A stretch of DNA of 64,000 nucleotides, from contig OZ316895.1 of the NCBI GenBank assembly GCA_973895155.1, positions 16,002,816 through 16,066,815 of the forward strand, written 5' to 3'. Position 1 is the first letter of the stretch, and every line of letters begins with the position of its first letter. Of the stretch, positions 14,101 through 27,688 are shown piece by piece. Below the pieces are notes generated by a model that did no database searches, was not told where the DNA came from, and saw only the letters and a program-made list of their open reading frames with translations. Source of the stretch: Marsupella aquatica (taxonomy: Eukaryota > Plantae > Marchantiophyta). The position numbers and the translations under genes are program-made.

Positions 14101-17100
14101 TTAAGGGGGAACCAAGAGTTTTGCATATGGCTCGGCGGCGAAGGGAGCAGGCAACCACAATTCAGCGGATAGAAGGGACGGCTAATGGAAACCTTCAAGT
14201 AAATGATGGTCAAAAAGCACCTCTTCAGACAGAGCAACCACTTACAGCTCAGATGACAGAGGAGACAGCAAGTGGCGACGACCCAGGATTAAGTCCGATC
14301 CAGTCGCCCTCCGTTGAACGAATTTCTGGTGGATTCTTTGAGGGAGCTAACGGAGTTCCCAGGATGACCCCAAGGACACGGAAGTTGACCGATGCAATGC
14401 AGAATTTCCTTCATCAAAAGGCCACCCTGCTACGCCAATGGAAGGAGTAAGTGTTCATATATCTTGTGTCCATTTGATCATAACTATACAGCTTCAAGTA
14501 TTTGGGCCAACAGCGGTGGTATGTAGACATTGGAAGAGAGGACCTGTAACAAAAGAAACTCATTGGAATACTACATGGAGTTACATTAGAAACTTTTCTT
14601 TGGTCTCTAGACATATCTTTAGTGTAGGGGACTGAACAACTCGGCCGATGCAGGATGGAGCTGGGCAAACTACATCCCATGGCGTTAATTGGGCGAAGCT
14701 GTAAGGTATTGTCAGACTTGTGCGCTCAAGGATATATTTTAGGAGATTTCCATGTTGCAGATGGTTAGAGCTGTGAAATCTTGTAAAGAGGATGAGAACT
14801 CCTGTTTTTCCTTTGTCCTTAAACAAGGCTTCTTTTTTGCTTTTTACTAATCCGAATGAATGGAGGCCTTTGTCATCACCACTACTGTAAGATAACGCCT
14901 GTTCCATTTGCTATTTTCCTGACAACATGCCGGCCTGGAATGCGCAGATTTATTGGCCGCTGGACAGTGAATGGTATCCAGGAGTCATCCACGAATACAA
15001 TCCACAGACACGGAGGCACCGGGTGAGGGCGGATTCTGTTTAGTCAAAGCTATCCTATAGTTCAAACAGAAATCTATGCTATCACCCAGTTCTTTTCCTG
15101 GGAAGATTTCTTACATGTTGTGATTACTGCTTTCTTGCTTTTGCAGTGTGCAGTATAGTAGTAGATTTCGCACTTCCCGGCAATGTGCAAAGAATCCAGT
15201 TTTACCCTATCAAGCCCTGCTATTATGTTAGAGAAGTGAAGACAAATTTTTTTGGAAACTGGATACAGACACTTGCCTTACTCTAATTAAAGCTTAATTG
15301 CGGAAGATGGATGGAAGAAACACTTTTGTTTGAGATTTTCTAACCAGCCATATAGGAATGAATCTACATTTTTTCACTGTCAATTTGTTATGACACTTAA
15401 TTTTAGGTAGTCTTCTCGCTGTGGTTAAAGTCGTTATTAGGTATTCTTCTCGCTGTGGTTCAAGTCGTTTTCTAATCGTTGGACATTCTAACCTCATTGG
15501 ATTTTCTGATTTGCTCAGATTGACTATGAAGATGACGAGAGGGAATGGGTTCTTCTTGGTAAAGAGCGAGTCAAGCTCCATGTGTCAGCTGAGGAGAGTA
15601 AATACTTGGAGATGTCTTTTGGGGAAGGCTCTCTGATGAACCAGAAGAAGAAGTTGGATGCCGATGAGCTAGCTGTTTTAGCAGGTGGCATTGAAGGGTG
15701 TCATGGAGAGCTTAGTCATGGTGATCTTGTTTGGGCCAAAGTGAAAGGTGGGTTGCGAACACGTTTGAGGTTCTATTTCTACTATCAGATGACGTGCACT
15801 GGGAATTAAGGCTATTTTGCTATCGTTGAACTGTTGTGGGGTTATAAAGGACTCTGTTATTGCACTAGTTGATTTTTAACTCCAGGAAACGATGTTTCTT
15901 TACGTACCCAGGGTATCCAATGTGGCCGGCTTGCGTGATGGATGAGGAACACGCAATTGCTTGTAGGTTGGAACCTTCTCCTCGAGAAAGAACCGTGCCA
16001 GTCCAGTTCTTTGGTAGCTATGATCATGCCAGGTACTTTCCAAACTCAAATTTACATTTCCTTTCTTGGCCTCTTTAAAACCATTGTTTGATCCCTGATG
16101 ACTGTTTAGATGAATGTTTAAACTCTATAGGGGATATTCATGCCGAAATAAAATGCTCTCCAGGACATGGATAAACCATCTGTGGCTTAGGGTTATACTA
16201 TTTCCTAGCGTCTGTCTTGTTATTACTTGTCTGTGATTTTTCATTGATATACAAGAGTTGTTGTTTTCTACAGAAGTAGCACTGTAAAGCGATTATGCTA
16301 CACATTGATCACATAATTGAACTGGCGCTGGCAATCATTGCAAACGTCCGCATACATTGTATTTTTGGTGTGGGGATGTCATATCAGGCGGCTGGGGTCT
16401 GAGGAATGTGCCAAGTGTTTAATCCAGCTTTGAATATTGTCAATATCTGTCCTTACTGCGAACATCTAACTGCGCTGGTGCTAATGTTGTTCATGTAGGA
16501 TCAATTCGAAGAAGGTTGTGCCGTTTGCAAAAGGCATTATGCACAAATATCATACCAAGTGTAAAAGAACTGTATTTGAGCAAGGCCTGCAGGAGATTGA
16601 AAGGTATGCAGCTGGGATTGATTCCAACTTTCAGTAGTATATTTAAATGTCTTTGACAATAGTTGGCCCAAGAGATCTGTTTGTGTACAGCTGGGATTGT
16701 TTAACTCTCAGCTGTAGATTTTGAGGTCTTTGAGATTAGTTGGCCCAGCAGATTTGTTTGACAATTTCTTCGGCTCAAAGGTTAAAAGGTAGTTAGATGA
16801 AGTGACGTTGATGGTTACTTTTGGGTGCTAATATTAGTTTATCCGCAGTTTGCATAAAGTTGGAAATCTAGCCGGGTTCATAACAACGAAGACTTTTTGT
16901 CCCAGGTACTTGAAGGAGTGCAAACTCCCAGAACAAATGGAGCTCCTAGAGGAAGATGTGGAGGCTCTAGTGAACAAGAAGGCAGATGACATGACTGGTA
17001 GTGAAGAAACTGAGGAAGATCGGGATGGTTTCAAAGATGGGAGCAATAATGCAGGGAAGAAGACTGGGGACACCTCGTTAACATTTCCACTTGAAATTGG

Positions 17101-20100
17101 AACCCTGCGTGTGTTAAGTTTAGGTAATACTTCAAGCCCTAGCTTACAGCACTCTTTGGTCCTTTGATGAGGACTCTTGACATGTTATAAAGGCTAGATC
17201 GTCTTTGGTCATGTAACCTCTTCATTTGTACTGCTGAAATTCTGACAGTAGTTTGTTTTTGGTCCCCAGACCGCCTTCATATTTGGCTCATTTTGTAGGA
17301 ACTATCTAGTTTTCTTATTTCACAGAGTGTCCTTTTATGGCAGTAATTCTGGCTCAGCAATATCTACAGTGATTGTATTTTGCGTTTTTGAAGTTTTTTT
17401 TGAAGTCCATGTTTACTTATTTATGTTGTTTTCAACTGCAATTGTGGTCTTTCTGCAGGTAAGATCGTTAAGGATTCTGAACAATTTCACAACGAGACTC
17501 ACATCTGGACTGAAGGATACACTGCGATCCGCAAGTTTGCTTCAATGAAAGGTTAGGTGTTGACAGTCGATGGTCGACAATTTGGGGCTGTCCTGATTCT
17601 AGGTATCTTTCTAGAATGAACATGCGTAAAGTTTCCTTACATATCATGGTGGATTTGAAGCTCGAAAATTCTCAATCGGATGTTTCTTGATGCAGATCCT
17701 GAGAGGATTATTGAGTATAAGATGGAAGTTCTGAGGAATCCAGCAACACCATTATTCCCACTCTTTCGAGTCACTCCAGAGGATGACAAACTTGTAAGCA
17801 GCGACAATCCATTGCCTGTTGTATTCTGCGTCTTCTGCAGATTTTAGAAGAGCTGGGCCTTTGCACCCAGATTGTTGGAGCACGTCATTTATAAGAGTTC
17901 GCACACTGGTTACCTATTGATAGCCAGAAGTTGGTATATTTAAGCTTGTCGTAATGTTTCAGAGTTAGATATTGGTGACGCCCTTGTTGCTGATGATAAA
18001 ATTTTGTCAGGTGGAGGCTCCCACTGCTTCTGGGTGTTGGAAAAAAATTCTCATAAAAATCCAGAGAGCGAAGGAGAAGGCTGGATTGTGCATCGCAACT
18101 CTTTTGGAGAAAAAGCGCCAGTCTTTTAGATCTGGTCCATCAATGTTTGGCTTTGGTGATCGAAGAGTTTCAAGATTGATCCAAGTATGTTGCTGTCTCT
18201 CGGGGGCCACTAAATATGTCATCTAGTCGTTTTCAAAGTAGATGAGTCGATACTTATACGTTGCAAAATAATCTTGACTTGGGTAGTTCTCTATCCGCTG
18301 TGTCTAGCAATTTTGATGAAATTACTGATAGGAAAGCGGACTGTCTATACGCTTTAGGTTTTTGAATGGATTTGGTTTTCTTGTGCAATCGTTCATGGAT
18401 CTGAAGGCTCTGCCGAATTCAAGAGTTTGCTCGAAGTTTACTGCTTGGCTTGATAAGCGTAAGCCGGAGGAGGGTGAGGAGGAACTTGTTCCAGCTGGAT
18501 ATCGACCTGTGGAGTTTCGTTGGGAGCATCTTGACCGATGCAATGTCTGTTACTTGGATGAGGCAAGTGCTTGGCCGTAACGTTGGATGAGCATATTGGA
18601 CTGTTTTGTCGTCCTATCAATAGGTAGTACTGGAATTGATGTGACAGTGTGACCTAGGAAGGTACTCATGGTGTTGTATTCTAGAACTGAGAGGTAATGT
18701 AGTTTCTTAAATTTTTATGGCATTAAGAGCAAGTCTGAGAAAGCTTGAGAAACTTGTCCTCACGTCTCTTATAGAATTAGGGGAGAGTAGATAAGTTTCT
18801 TTGCAAATGAAAATGGGCGAAGTGTTGAGCCTGATTTCTTTACATTGTTGCCTCAGGAGTATCAAGATAACCAATTATTGCAGTGTGACAAGTGCAGAAC
18901 CATGGTTTGTTGATCTTCTGCTCCTTTCTTAATCTGTTCTATTCTGCTTGGATGGGGTTGGGACACTTTTCCTCCTTTATGAGATATATTTATGGTTTAA
19001 TTCCAAGCAAGCTCTCATTCAACTTTGCTAGTGCAGAATTGGTCTACTGCGGAAAGTGAGGTCACAAGATGAGATACCTTAAACTGTTTAAACGTGAACG
19101 CTGAGAAGATGAGATCAGGTTCCAATTTGCCATAACGCGGCGTGGCTAACCATTTGTTGATATCGCATTCAGGTCCATATGTATTGCTACGGGGAGCTGG
19201 AGCCACCTGATGGTGACCTATGGCTTTGTAACCTTTGTCGTCCAGAAGCACCTAAGCGCCGCCCATTTTGCTGTCTTTGTCCAGTGACTGGTATGCTTTC
19301 TTATTCTTAGGGTATGTGAAGTGGGACATTGGTATTAAGAATAGGCGAGCGCTCTCGATAGTGGAATGTGCTTGAACAACTATTTGGAATAAATGGTTAC
19401 AAGCAAATACAATCTCGATATTAGTATATGTGCAAATCTATCTACTGTTGGATTGATTTGTAGTTGAATAGCCATGCGGGAAGCTCAGTGGTCTAGATCT
19501 CAATGTTTCTGCTAAGCAATTTAGAGTTCTTACTCTGCCCTAAACGACACTAGTTCAATTCCTTATCCAAATCACCTTCTCAGTAAATTCGATATTTTAC
19601 TAGTTTTTGACAATTTGAAGGTTCTGTATGGAATTTGTGCTCTATCATCTTCAGGTGGTGCTATGAAGACAACCACTGATGGGAGGTGGTGTCATCTCAC
19701 TTGTGCAATGTGGACCCCCGGTAAGTGTGGTATCTATGTCACAAGAATCTTGCTTCCAGATTCTTCTTCATAAAGGGTTTTCTGACAATCATGTGTCATT
19801 TATTTGAGCTCGTCTTTTACTTACTACTACCCATTCTTGATTGTTGTCTCATGTCTGAATTGAGGCACGATGGCCGTTGATGCCAGTGCTTTTGTCAGCT
19901 TTGCTTTTGTCAGCTTTGCGGTCACATTTATGAATATTGAGGATTCTAGCAGGCCCATTTGCATGGAGTTTAGTGACTGATCAAGGTAATTTCGTGCAGA
20001 GACCTGTCTTGTGGATGTGAAGAGGATGGAGCCAGTAGATGGAATAACGTCTATCAATAAGGTAGACTTTTATGGACGTTCCTATTAGCATGATGTCTTT

Positions 20101-23100
20101 GTTTGATGTGGAACTGTTACACTTTGGTGGAGTACAGTATTTCAGTGATGCGAGGTAACTTGTGTTTAATATGACGTGCAAACGGGTTCTCCAGGCTCCC
20201 TAAGCAGTGGTTATCATGATGCAGGAACGATGGAAACTGATTTGCACCGTGTGCAAAGTGCCCTATGGGGCTTGCCTTCAGGTACCTTCAGCCCTTAGTC
20301 GTTTGAAATCTGAATTCTATATCCGCATCATGTCTTAATTAAAGTTACACTTGCGCTGTCTGTGGAGATTCCATCTTTTTTGTTTGGGTTAGAAAATTGT
20401 AAGGGATTTGCGCAGGGAGTTGTTGCTTTCCTGCTATTGTGGTAAATATGAGCTTTTGCTCTTTTCAGCTTGTAAGTATGGGAATGTAAATCCTCATCCA
20501 GCAGGCACTTTCGGACAGAGAGCTACCTCACATCAATCCAACAAACCGTATAACTATTTCTCACTGGTTGATGAGAATTGTGAAGTCTTTACGAGTTTAA
20601 GTTATGTTCTGGATGACATGTGGATACCACATTGGCTTCAGATGCTCACCATTCCTAGTTTAACCGAGAGAAGTGAATTTATGCACGGTTAAAGTTGTTG
20701 TATGACTGCCTGCAGTGCTCTAAACCACGTTGCGGGGTAGCATTTCATCCACTCTGTGCCAGAGCAGCAGGACTGTCCACTGAGGTATGTGCGAATGCTT
20801 CATCCTTTGCTTGTGAAAAATGAGACAGAAGACAATGAGACTGTGATTTTAGCTCTGCAATGATCGATTTGACAATGAATGAATTTCGTTACAATGAATT
20901 TATCGAAGTAGGAAACTGTCTAAGGTTGAAGCAAGACTGAAGGTGTGACGCTAGCAATCACCGTGATAATAGGAGTGTGTCGGTTCATATCAGAAGATAT
21001 GACCAGAAATCAGAGGTAAATCTATTGATGAGAAAGAATCTAAAAAATCGGAAGAAAATGAGTCCGATTGTCTAACTAAAACACTATCTACTTACTAACT
21101 AACACACTACTCCTGAAACATTGTGGAACTGTACTATAACTATGAATTAACTTAGTCTAAGATTGCTCACATTGCAGACAATGGTTGTTAAAGTGCTCTT
21201 CTATTGAAGAACGTACCTGTTTAAATGTGTGGGAACTTTCCTTGTGTGATTAGATGTCTCAGGGTCCCAATGTGCTCACCTGTCGCATAATTTGCATAGT
21301 TCTTCCTTGAAATCATTCAGGTAATGGAGGATAAAGCAACAAGTTTTCCGGACCCTGAAGGAGGTCTTCAGCTCCTGACATATTGCAAGAAACACAGACT
21401 GCAAAGTGCTCAAGGAAGCTCCGCAAGGCCGCAGTCCCAGCAGACAGTTACAGCTCCACTGAAACGCCCAACTGCCAGCCCTCTAGTCCCACCTCCCCCT
21501 CCTTTCAACCCTTCAGGATGTGCTCGTAGTGGTAGGTTTCTCCACACAAGCTTCGTTCCGTTCTTAATTTTAATAAATTGCTGCATTTCTAAGAATCCAA
21601 AACATATTACTATCACTTCAGATTGGTCAAGCAATTCGGATTCAGACTTACACCTTGCCTGTTGTTTGCAGAACCCTACAATGTCGCATCCCGTCGTGGA
21701 CATAGACAGCCAGAAGCACTCGCTGCTGCTTTGGCAAAGCGCTTTTTCGTTGAGAACAAGCCTTATTTTGTAACAGGGTGTCAGCGAAATGCACCGAACC
21801 AGGATTTGAAGTCCCCGGGCGGAAGCCTGTGGTCTTGGCACTGGAAACAATCTAAATCAAGTACAGTTGTGAATGGAGAGGGTAGATCAAATGATGACGA
21901 AGCGGACTGTGAAAAGACACCGCAATCCACTTCAGAAAGATACAGGCATATGCGCTCTACTCTACACGAACGCCTTACATTTGGTATTGTAACCGCTCTC
22001 CTCGTCTTGGATGTTGTAGATGTTCTTGTGATTGCTTTGTCGAATTCTGAGGGCGAACGAAAAACCATGATTGAAGTGTACTGGTGCTCAGTATCCTTCT
22101 GAATTGTCAAGTGGATGTACAGGCAAATCATCAATTCATGGCTGGGGAGTCTTCACCAAACGATCCCATCGTGTTGGGGACATGGTATGACTTGATGAAA
22201 CTTTTGTAGCTTAGTAAAAGCCAAAAAACAAACAGTTTGGTTCTTGTAAATTGATTCACAATCAGTCACAGTGGATGATTGGCCGCTATCTTGTCAGGCC
22301 GTAGGTGCTTGCTCAGGATAACCTTGTACAATGCTTATTGATTTTATTATGTTGAGTGTTGCAGGTTATAGAATATGCAGGAGAAATTGTGAGACCCTCC
22401 ATTGCAGATATTAGAGAACGACGTTCATATGATTCTCTTGTGGTGAGTCTTTAATTAGTTTGCGCTGCTTTAGCCTCGCTTCTGTTAGCCTGACATGACT
22501 AGAAGATGAGACTGTAAACTCTATCTGCTCCAGACGATGACTGTCCTGGAACATGCAGGGTGCAGGAACTTACATGTTCCGCATTGACGATGAGCGTGTG
22601 GTTGACGCAACTCACGCGGGAAGTATTGCGCATTTAATCAACCACTCTTGTGAGGTACACTTTAAGCACTTCAAGCATGTTAGCAGTGTGTAAACGTTGG
22701 GCGTGATAATTTTTTCAAATTGTCCTCTTCCAGCCAGTATGGAAAGCCCTTCCCCATCCTCAAAACTGAATTCAAAACCATATCGACAAGTATTTGTTTT
22801 TGCTAAGGCTAACTGGTCTCGCATGTGAGCGTTGATGATGAGGAGCTCCGCTGGGCCTGCAAATTTTCTTTTGTTCAATTTCCAAATTAACTCATTCCTT
22901 TGTTGATGCCGTATTTATGCGCAGCCGAACTGCTATTCAAGAGTAGTAACAGCAAGTGGCGATGATCATATCGTTATTTTTGCAAAACGAGACATCCAAG
23001 AAGTGGAGGAGTTGACGTACGATTACAGGTATATGTTCGTTGACACATCTAAAAGGGTATTTTTTGGTCCTTAAATTTGAAATAAAAATCCGGTCGTCCA

Positions 23101-23286
23101 GTTGACATTCTCATTGTGTTGACTTGTTCTCTCCTCGTTGGCAGGTTCGCTTCAAAAGATGAGCTCCTAACCTGCTACTGTGGATGCGCTGGATGCCGGG
23201 GTTTCGTAAATACTTTTGATACAGAGAATGACCCAACTAGAATCGTTGCTCCTCGATCCGAGTTGACTAAGTGGGTTGTAACATAA
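11184..23286 (+). CDS. ATX1: Trithorax-like histone H3K4 methyltransferase, ATX1/ATX2 class (Tudor-like, PWWP, FYRN, FYRC, PHD, extended PHD, SET, post-SET); >20 exons, start codon tentative
   Basis: Exon translations give [18 protein letters not shown] (14654-15022), [16 protein letters not shown] (15720-15930), [59 protein letters not shown], e[56 protein letters not shown], and post-[13 protein letters not shown]. Stop at 23284-86. First exon 11184-11363 splices to the large exon 12087-14446. Confidence 0.93.
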
Positions 23287-25089
23287 AACCCTTTTCTTCT
23301 GGAAGTCGTCAACCTGAGGATCTTTTGTTTCCTTGATTGTTGAACTGGTCCATCAGGCCTCTTTCAGGACCGAGATGTGTGGCTTATGATGGAGACCACA
23401 GGGCATCATTGCTGTCCAGTTTAGAGTATTCTCTTCTGTAATGGTGTTGACGACGGCTCAACAATGACAAAATCTGGAGGGGGAGTCGTCGTCACACCCT
23501 ATTTTTCATTTTTTGAGAACCGCGTTTGAGCGAAGATTTTAAAGTGCGTAGTCCGAAGAAGTTGTAGGTGACACCTTAACGTCAGTGGGTTGGCAAACGC
23601 TGGTGATGAACTCTGTCGCTGGCCCTGGTCTTCCATGCAATGAAATCATCCTGAGATGCGCATAATTCAAGTCAAGGAGAGGTGCCTACATTTGAGATTA
23701 TCCTGATCTGAGATTCAGAAGATGGAGTGCCATTGTTTTATCAGGCAGCTGCAGTCAACAGAGTTCCTGTACTTCAGCAACACAGCTCACAATGTTTGGC
23801 GACCAGGTCATTCAATTTTTTTGTCACCACGGTGGCTGTGCTGTCTAGTAAACAAAATTTCACCAGTACTTCCCTCGATATGTGGATGCCGTTTTCAGCT
23901 CTTAAAATTGCGCTATGGCAAGGTCGTCAATCGCCAAGGGGTTTTGTCCTTCAATGTCTGAGTTAATTCTCCGGTCATCGTGTTGCGTGAAATAGCAGGC
24001 TGAAGATTGATGTTATGTACTGCTGTGTTGACATTTCTTTATGGAGGCCGATGGATGGAAACGCTGTGATGTCCCCAATAAGTACTCTCTAGTTTGATCA
24101 ATCTTTAAACTGCACAGGTCATTGTAATGCAATTTACCAGGAAAAGCTGGTTCGAGCAGATTAGATGGGATGCAAGTCAACAAGCTCATCTCTGAATGAC
24201 TGGATATAAGGCTCTGCCGCATTTCTGCCACTGGTCGACCGTATCTGTTGCTTCATTCAGTCAATACCTGGTTTGGTATGCACGTCGCTTCCACTCCTGA
24301 GACCCTCGGGTCTTTGAAGGGGACCTGGTTTCGAACACAACATAAACTTGAGTGGAACGGTAATGTATGACTTTTGCCTGTGGTTGTACTGTTTCCTCTT
24401 TTCTTGTCTAGCTCTTACTTGTCGGACGAGGAACTTGCCAGTGTTCCACTGGATCTTGTAGTCTGCTTTATCCTCTAAGCGTGCTGTATTCGATTCCGGA
24501 GATGATCAACTACCATACTAATTATGATGTTCATGATTACTAATTCTCAAGTATCTGAAGAATCGAAGCTATATAGTTTGCATTAGTCACTTGTTCTGGC
24601 GAGTATGGAGTTCATACGGGTGACATTATCCTCATCAGTTTAATAATCATACACAGCTTATAGTCCTCCTTTTTTCTATGCACATCCCTGTTTCTATGCA
24701 CTTATATTATATGGTGGGGCCATAGAACCCATTTTTGAATGTCAATAAAAATCATGACAAAAAACATTCATGATTATCATTTAACATATATTATACTCAT
24801 GACTTTCACATCCACAAGTTTTCCCATGCACATGGGCCATGAGTTATGGTTTAGAGTCTTCACATAAACGTTTAATACCACCCGGTCTGTAATTGGCTAA
24901 CTTTCCTAAAAACTGTAATTGGCTAACTTTCCTAAAAACTTTCTCCAGAGAACGGCAAGCCATTTCCGGGGATTCGAAACTACGAAAACAAAGCTTACTT
25001 CCATGTAACTTTTTTTCTGTGTAAATGGGTCAAGACTGTAACTTTGGAAATGTTCACATGCCCCAGACGCTTTTGACCATTTGAAAGGA

Positions 25090-25488
25090 AACCATTCTTC
25101 TGACCGAGAAACACATAAAAGACAAAGTCCTCTTGAAAGAAGTAAAGCAGGTGTTCCACAGGGATGTCCAACCATTCAACCTACCGAGAAAGACATAAAA
25201 GACAAAGTCCTCTTGAAAGAAGTAAAGCAGGTATTCCACAACCATTCTTCCTACCTAGAAAGACATAAAAGACAAAGTCCTCTTGAAAGAAGTAAAGCAA
25301 AGCAGGTGTTCCACAGGGATGTCCAACCATTCTTCCTACCGAGGAACATAAAAGACAAAGTCCTCTTGAAAGAAGTAAAGCATAGCAGGTGTTCCACAGG
25401 GATGTCCAACCATTCTTCCTACCGAGGAAGACATAAAAGACAAAGTCCTCTTGAAAGAAGTAAAGCAGGTGTTCCACAGGGATGTCCA
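25090..25488. repeat. Tandem repeat, ~70-85 bp unit, 5 near-identical copies
   Basis: acataaaagacaaagtcctcttgaaagaagtaaagca occurs five times, four of them followed by ggtgttccacagggatgtcca. Confidence 0.92.
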
Positions 25489-26537
25489 ATTTCTGGCACT
25501 AGTATTGCGCATTTTATTTTGCAGGGAAGCGGACCGTGAATGAAGCCTGGTCCACCTCCGAGAAAAAACACGCAAAAATGATTTGAGAGCGGAATGAAAA
25601 GGGTAGTTCGTTGGTAAGAAAGGTGAAACGAAACAAGGGAAAAGGGTCAATGGAATTATGTAGCACTGAACAGTTTGGGAAAGGTCTGGTATGTAGTTTT
25701 GACAGCCTGCTTTCCGGAGTAGCTTCGGCCTCGGCAGCTCTAGCTTTCGTCTCATTACCAGTTGCAATAAATTTTGCTCGCTCAGTTTGGCATTCGTACC
25801 GTGAACTGACGACAGGAGGGAGCGGAGGGATCCCGAACAAAAACAATCATTGACTTGAGACTAAAAAATGTCGGAGAAGCTGGGGAGTAGATGCCCGTAG
25901 CGGTAACAAAGTAACCTCAGGTCGGGTGGCAGCACGACCTCATCAATGCCATAACCCGAGAACCTGCTTGATTGATAGAGCCAAGGCAAAGAAGTTCAGA
26001 CCCTTTCGTTTCTATGTCCAATGCAAAAAATTTCAGCAACCGAGTAATCGAGGAATGCAGTGACGAGTTATTGGGAAGTTGAGTCAGAAACAGCTACGCG
26101 GACAAAGAGACGTCTCAAATCGTTTGGTTTTTCAAAGACTGTTATATCAACAAATCCTCAAATCACCATATTGTACACATGTATTGAGAATTATCAAAGT
26201 ACAAACCTTAACTATACTTAATGCCAATCAATGAGTCCACAGTGCCTGGCATCCAACTTTCTCTCCTCGGGAGATTTTACTACATGATCATTTTGATCAA
26301 GTCCAGCAAAGACTGCCCAACTCATCCTAAAACCTAAATCTTCATTGATATAGAGGGATGAGATCTAGGATCCCTCCTATTATGACAAGAATGGTAAGGT
26401 CTGTGTTAAGCACTTCGCGCACAGTGAGTCCAAACAGATAGGTACCCACACATTGTAAGTTTGTACACAGCTATTTGTATAATACATTTTTTATATTATG
26501 CAGAACTTCTCTGACACAGAGCAGTTAAGGAATCACG

Positions 26538-27688
26538 TTAGCAACTGCCAGATGCAGGCTCTATCGAGCTTAATAGGCCGTTGTTTCTTAGCTGTAGGCA
26601 ATGTTCCTCAGCATCATCTTGGCCACAAATAATGACGACAGCCAAGCCGTTCATGTGCGCTTCGTTCATTATGTTGACTGCATTGTCAACGGACATTCCA
26701 GGTATAACTTTCATCAGGACTTGAACGACATACTCTCGTTTATTGAAGCTGTCGTTGTGTAGCATCACCCTGTATGGGGGAGATAACTTGCGCGACTTCC
26801 TGTTGCCAGAAAATTCCAACACCGCAAGTGAGATTCAGGGCCAATATCAGCAGGAAGCCTTCCATATCCATACTTCAGGAGGAATTACCCATTTGAAGAG
26901 GGCACACACACATGAGCTTTACTTTTATCATATCTGTGCATCTACAAGACTGGTAAGACGACAACCAACTGTATTTCCGCAGTCAACTACACCACGATTA
27001 TAAAAAATAAAAAATAAATTATGAGCTTCATCCAACTCACTTTAGGTCAAACTCTGACTCTCTCCCCGGGGTTCCCTTTTCGATGATCGGTCTATCAAGT
27101 ACTCCACCGCCTTGGCGACCAGGTCCAGTCGCGACTCTAATAGTGCAGCCTCCAACTGGTGTTATCCTTTGAACTCTGCTGACCTTCTCCACCCCTGTGA
27201 GTCCAAGACATTCCACTTCTTTACTCTATGCTTGAAAGTGTGCCTCGTCATCTGGTACTTTTTTGATTATCAGTATGTAACAATTGTCATCGTACTTCTT
27301 GAGTCGGTGCCATTTGCGAAGGAGGTATACTTCCAGACTAAAATGGAGCCGACTGAATCCAAAAAGAGACCGTCAAGTGGTCTTTAGATGACATCCTTTG
27401 GAATTTCAGAATGTTACACAAAGTTTCCGGACTCTTGAGGGGGGTTACAATTGTCCAACTAACGCTAAGACTTATATCGATGTGTACTCATCCAAGTGCA
27501 ACAGGAACACTCTGGTTCCGTGAAAGCTCGGACGAGTCCCTTGTCAAACCAATTCTCAAAGCAGACCATAACCGAGTCAGAAACAGCATATCCACTACTT
27601 GAGGATGATCAAAAGAGTCCATACCTCTGTTGCCGTTGTAAGTTGTAACAAAGCAAGAGGAGAGCACCAGACCCAATGACGCTGCCAT
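26538..27688 (-). CDS. CLPS1: Plastid ATP-dependent Clp protease adaptor ClpS1, 159 aa; coding exons 27688-27625, 27194-27041, 26799-26538
   Basis: Spliced product MAASLGLVLSSCFVTTYNGNRGVEK...GGGVLDRPIIEKGTPGRESEFDLKKSRKLSPPYRVMLHNDSFNKREYVVQVLMKVIPGM...EAHMNG...SSIEPASGSC. GT-AG introns in phases 1 and 2; total 480 nt; transit-peptide-like N-terminus. Confidence 0.95.

Noticed and set aside
25090-25488. CRISPR-like repeat-spacer array
   Set aside because: The intervening sequences are themselves repeated, the context is eukaryotic, and there are no cas genes; it is an ordinary tandem repeat.
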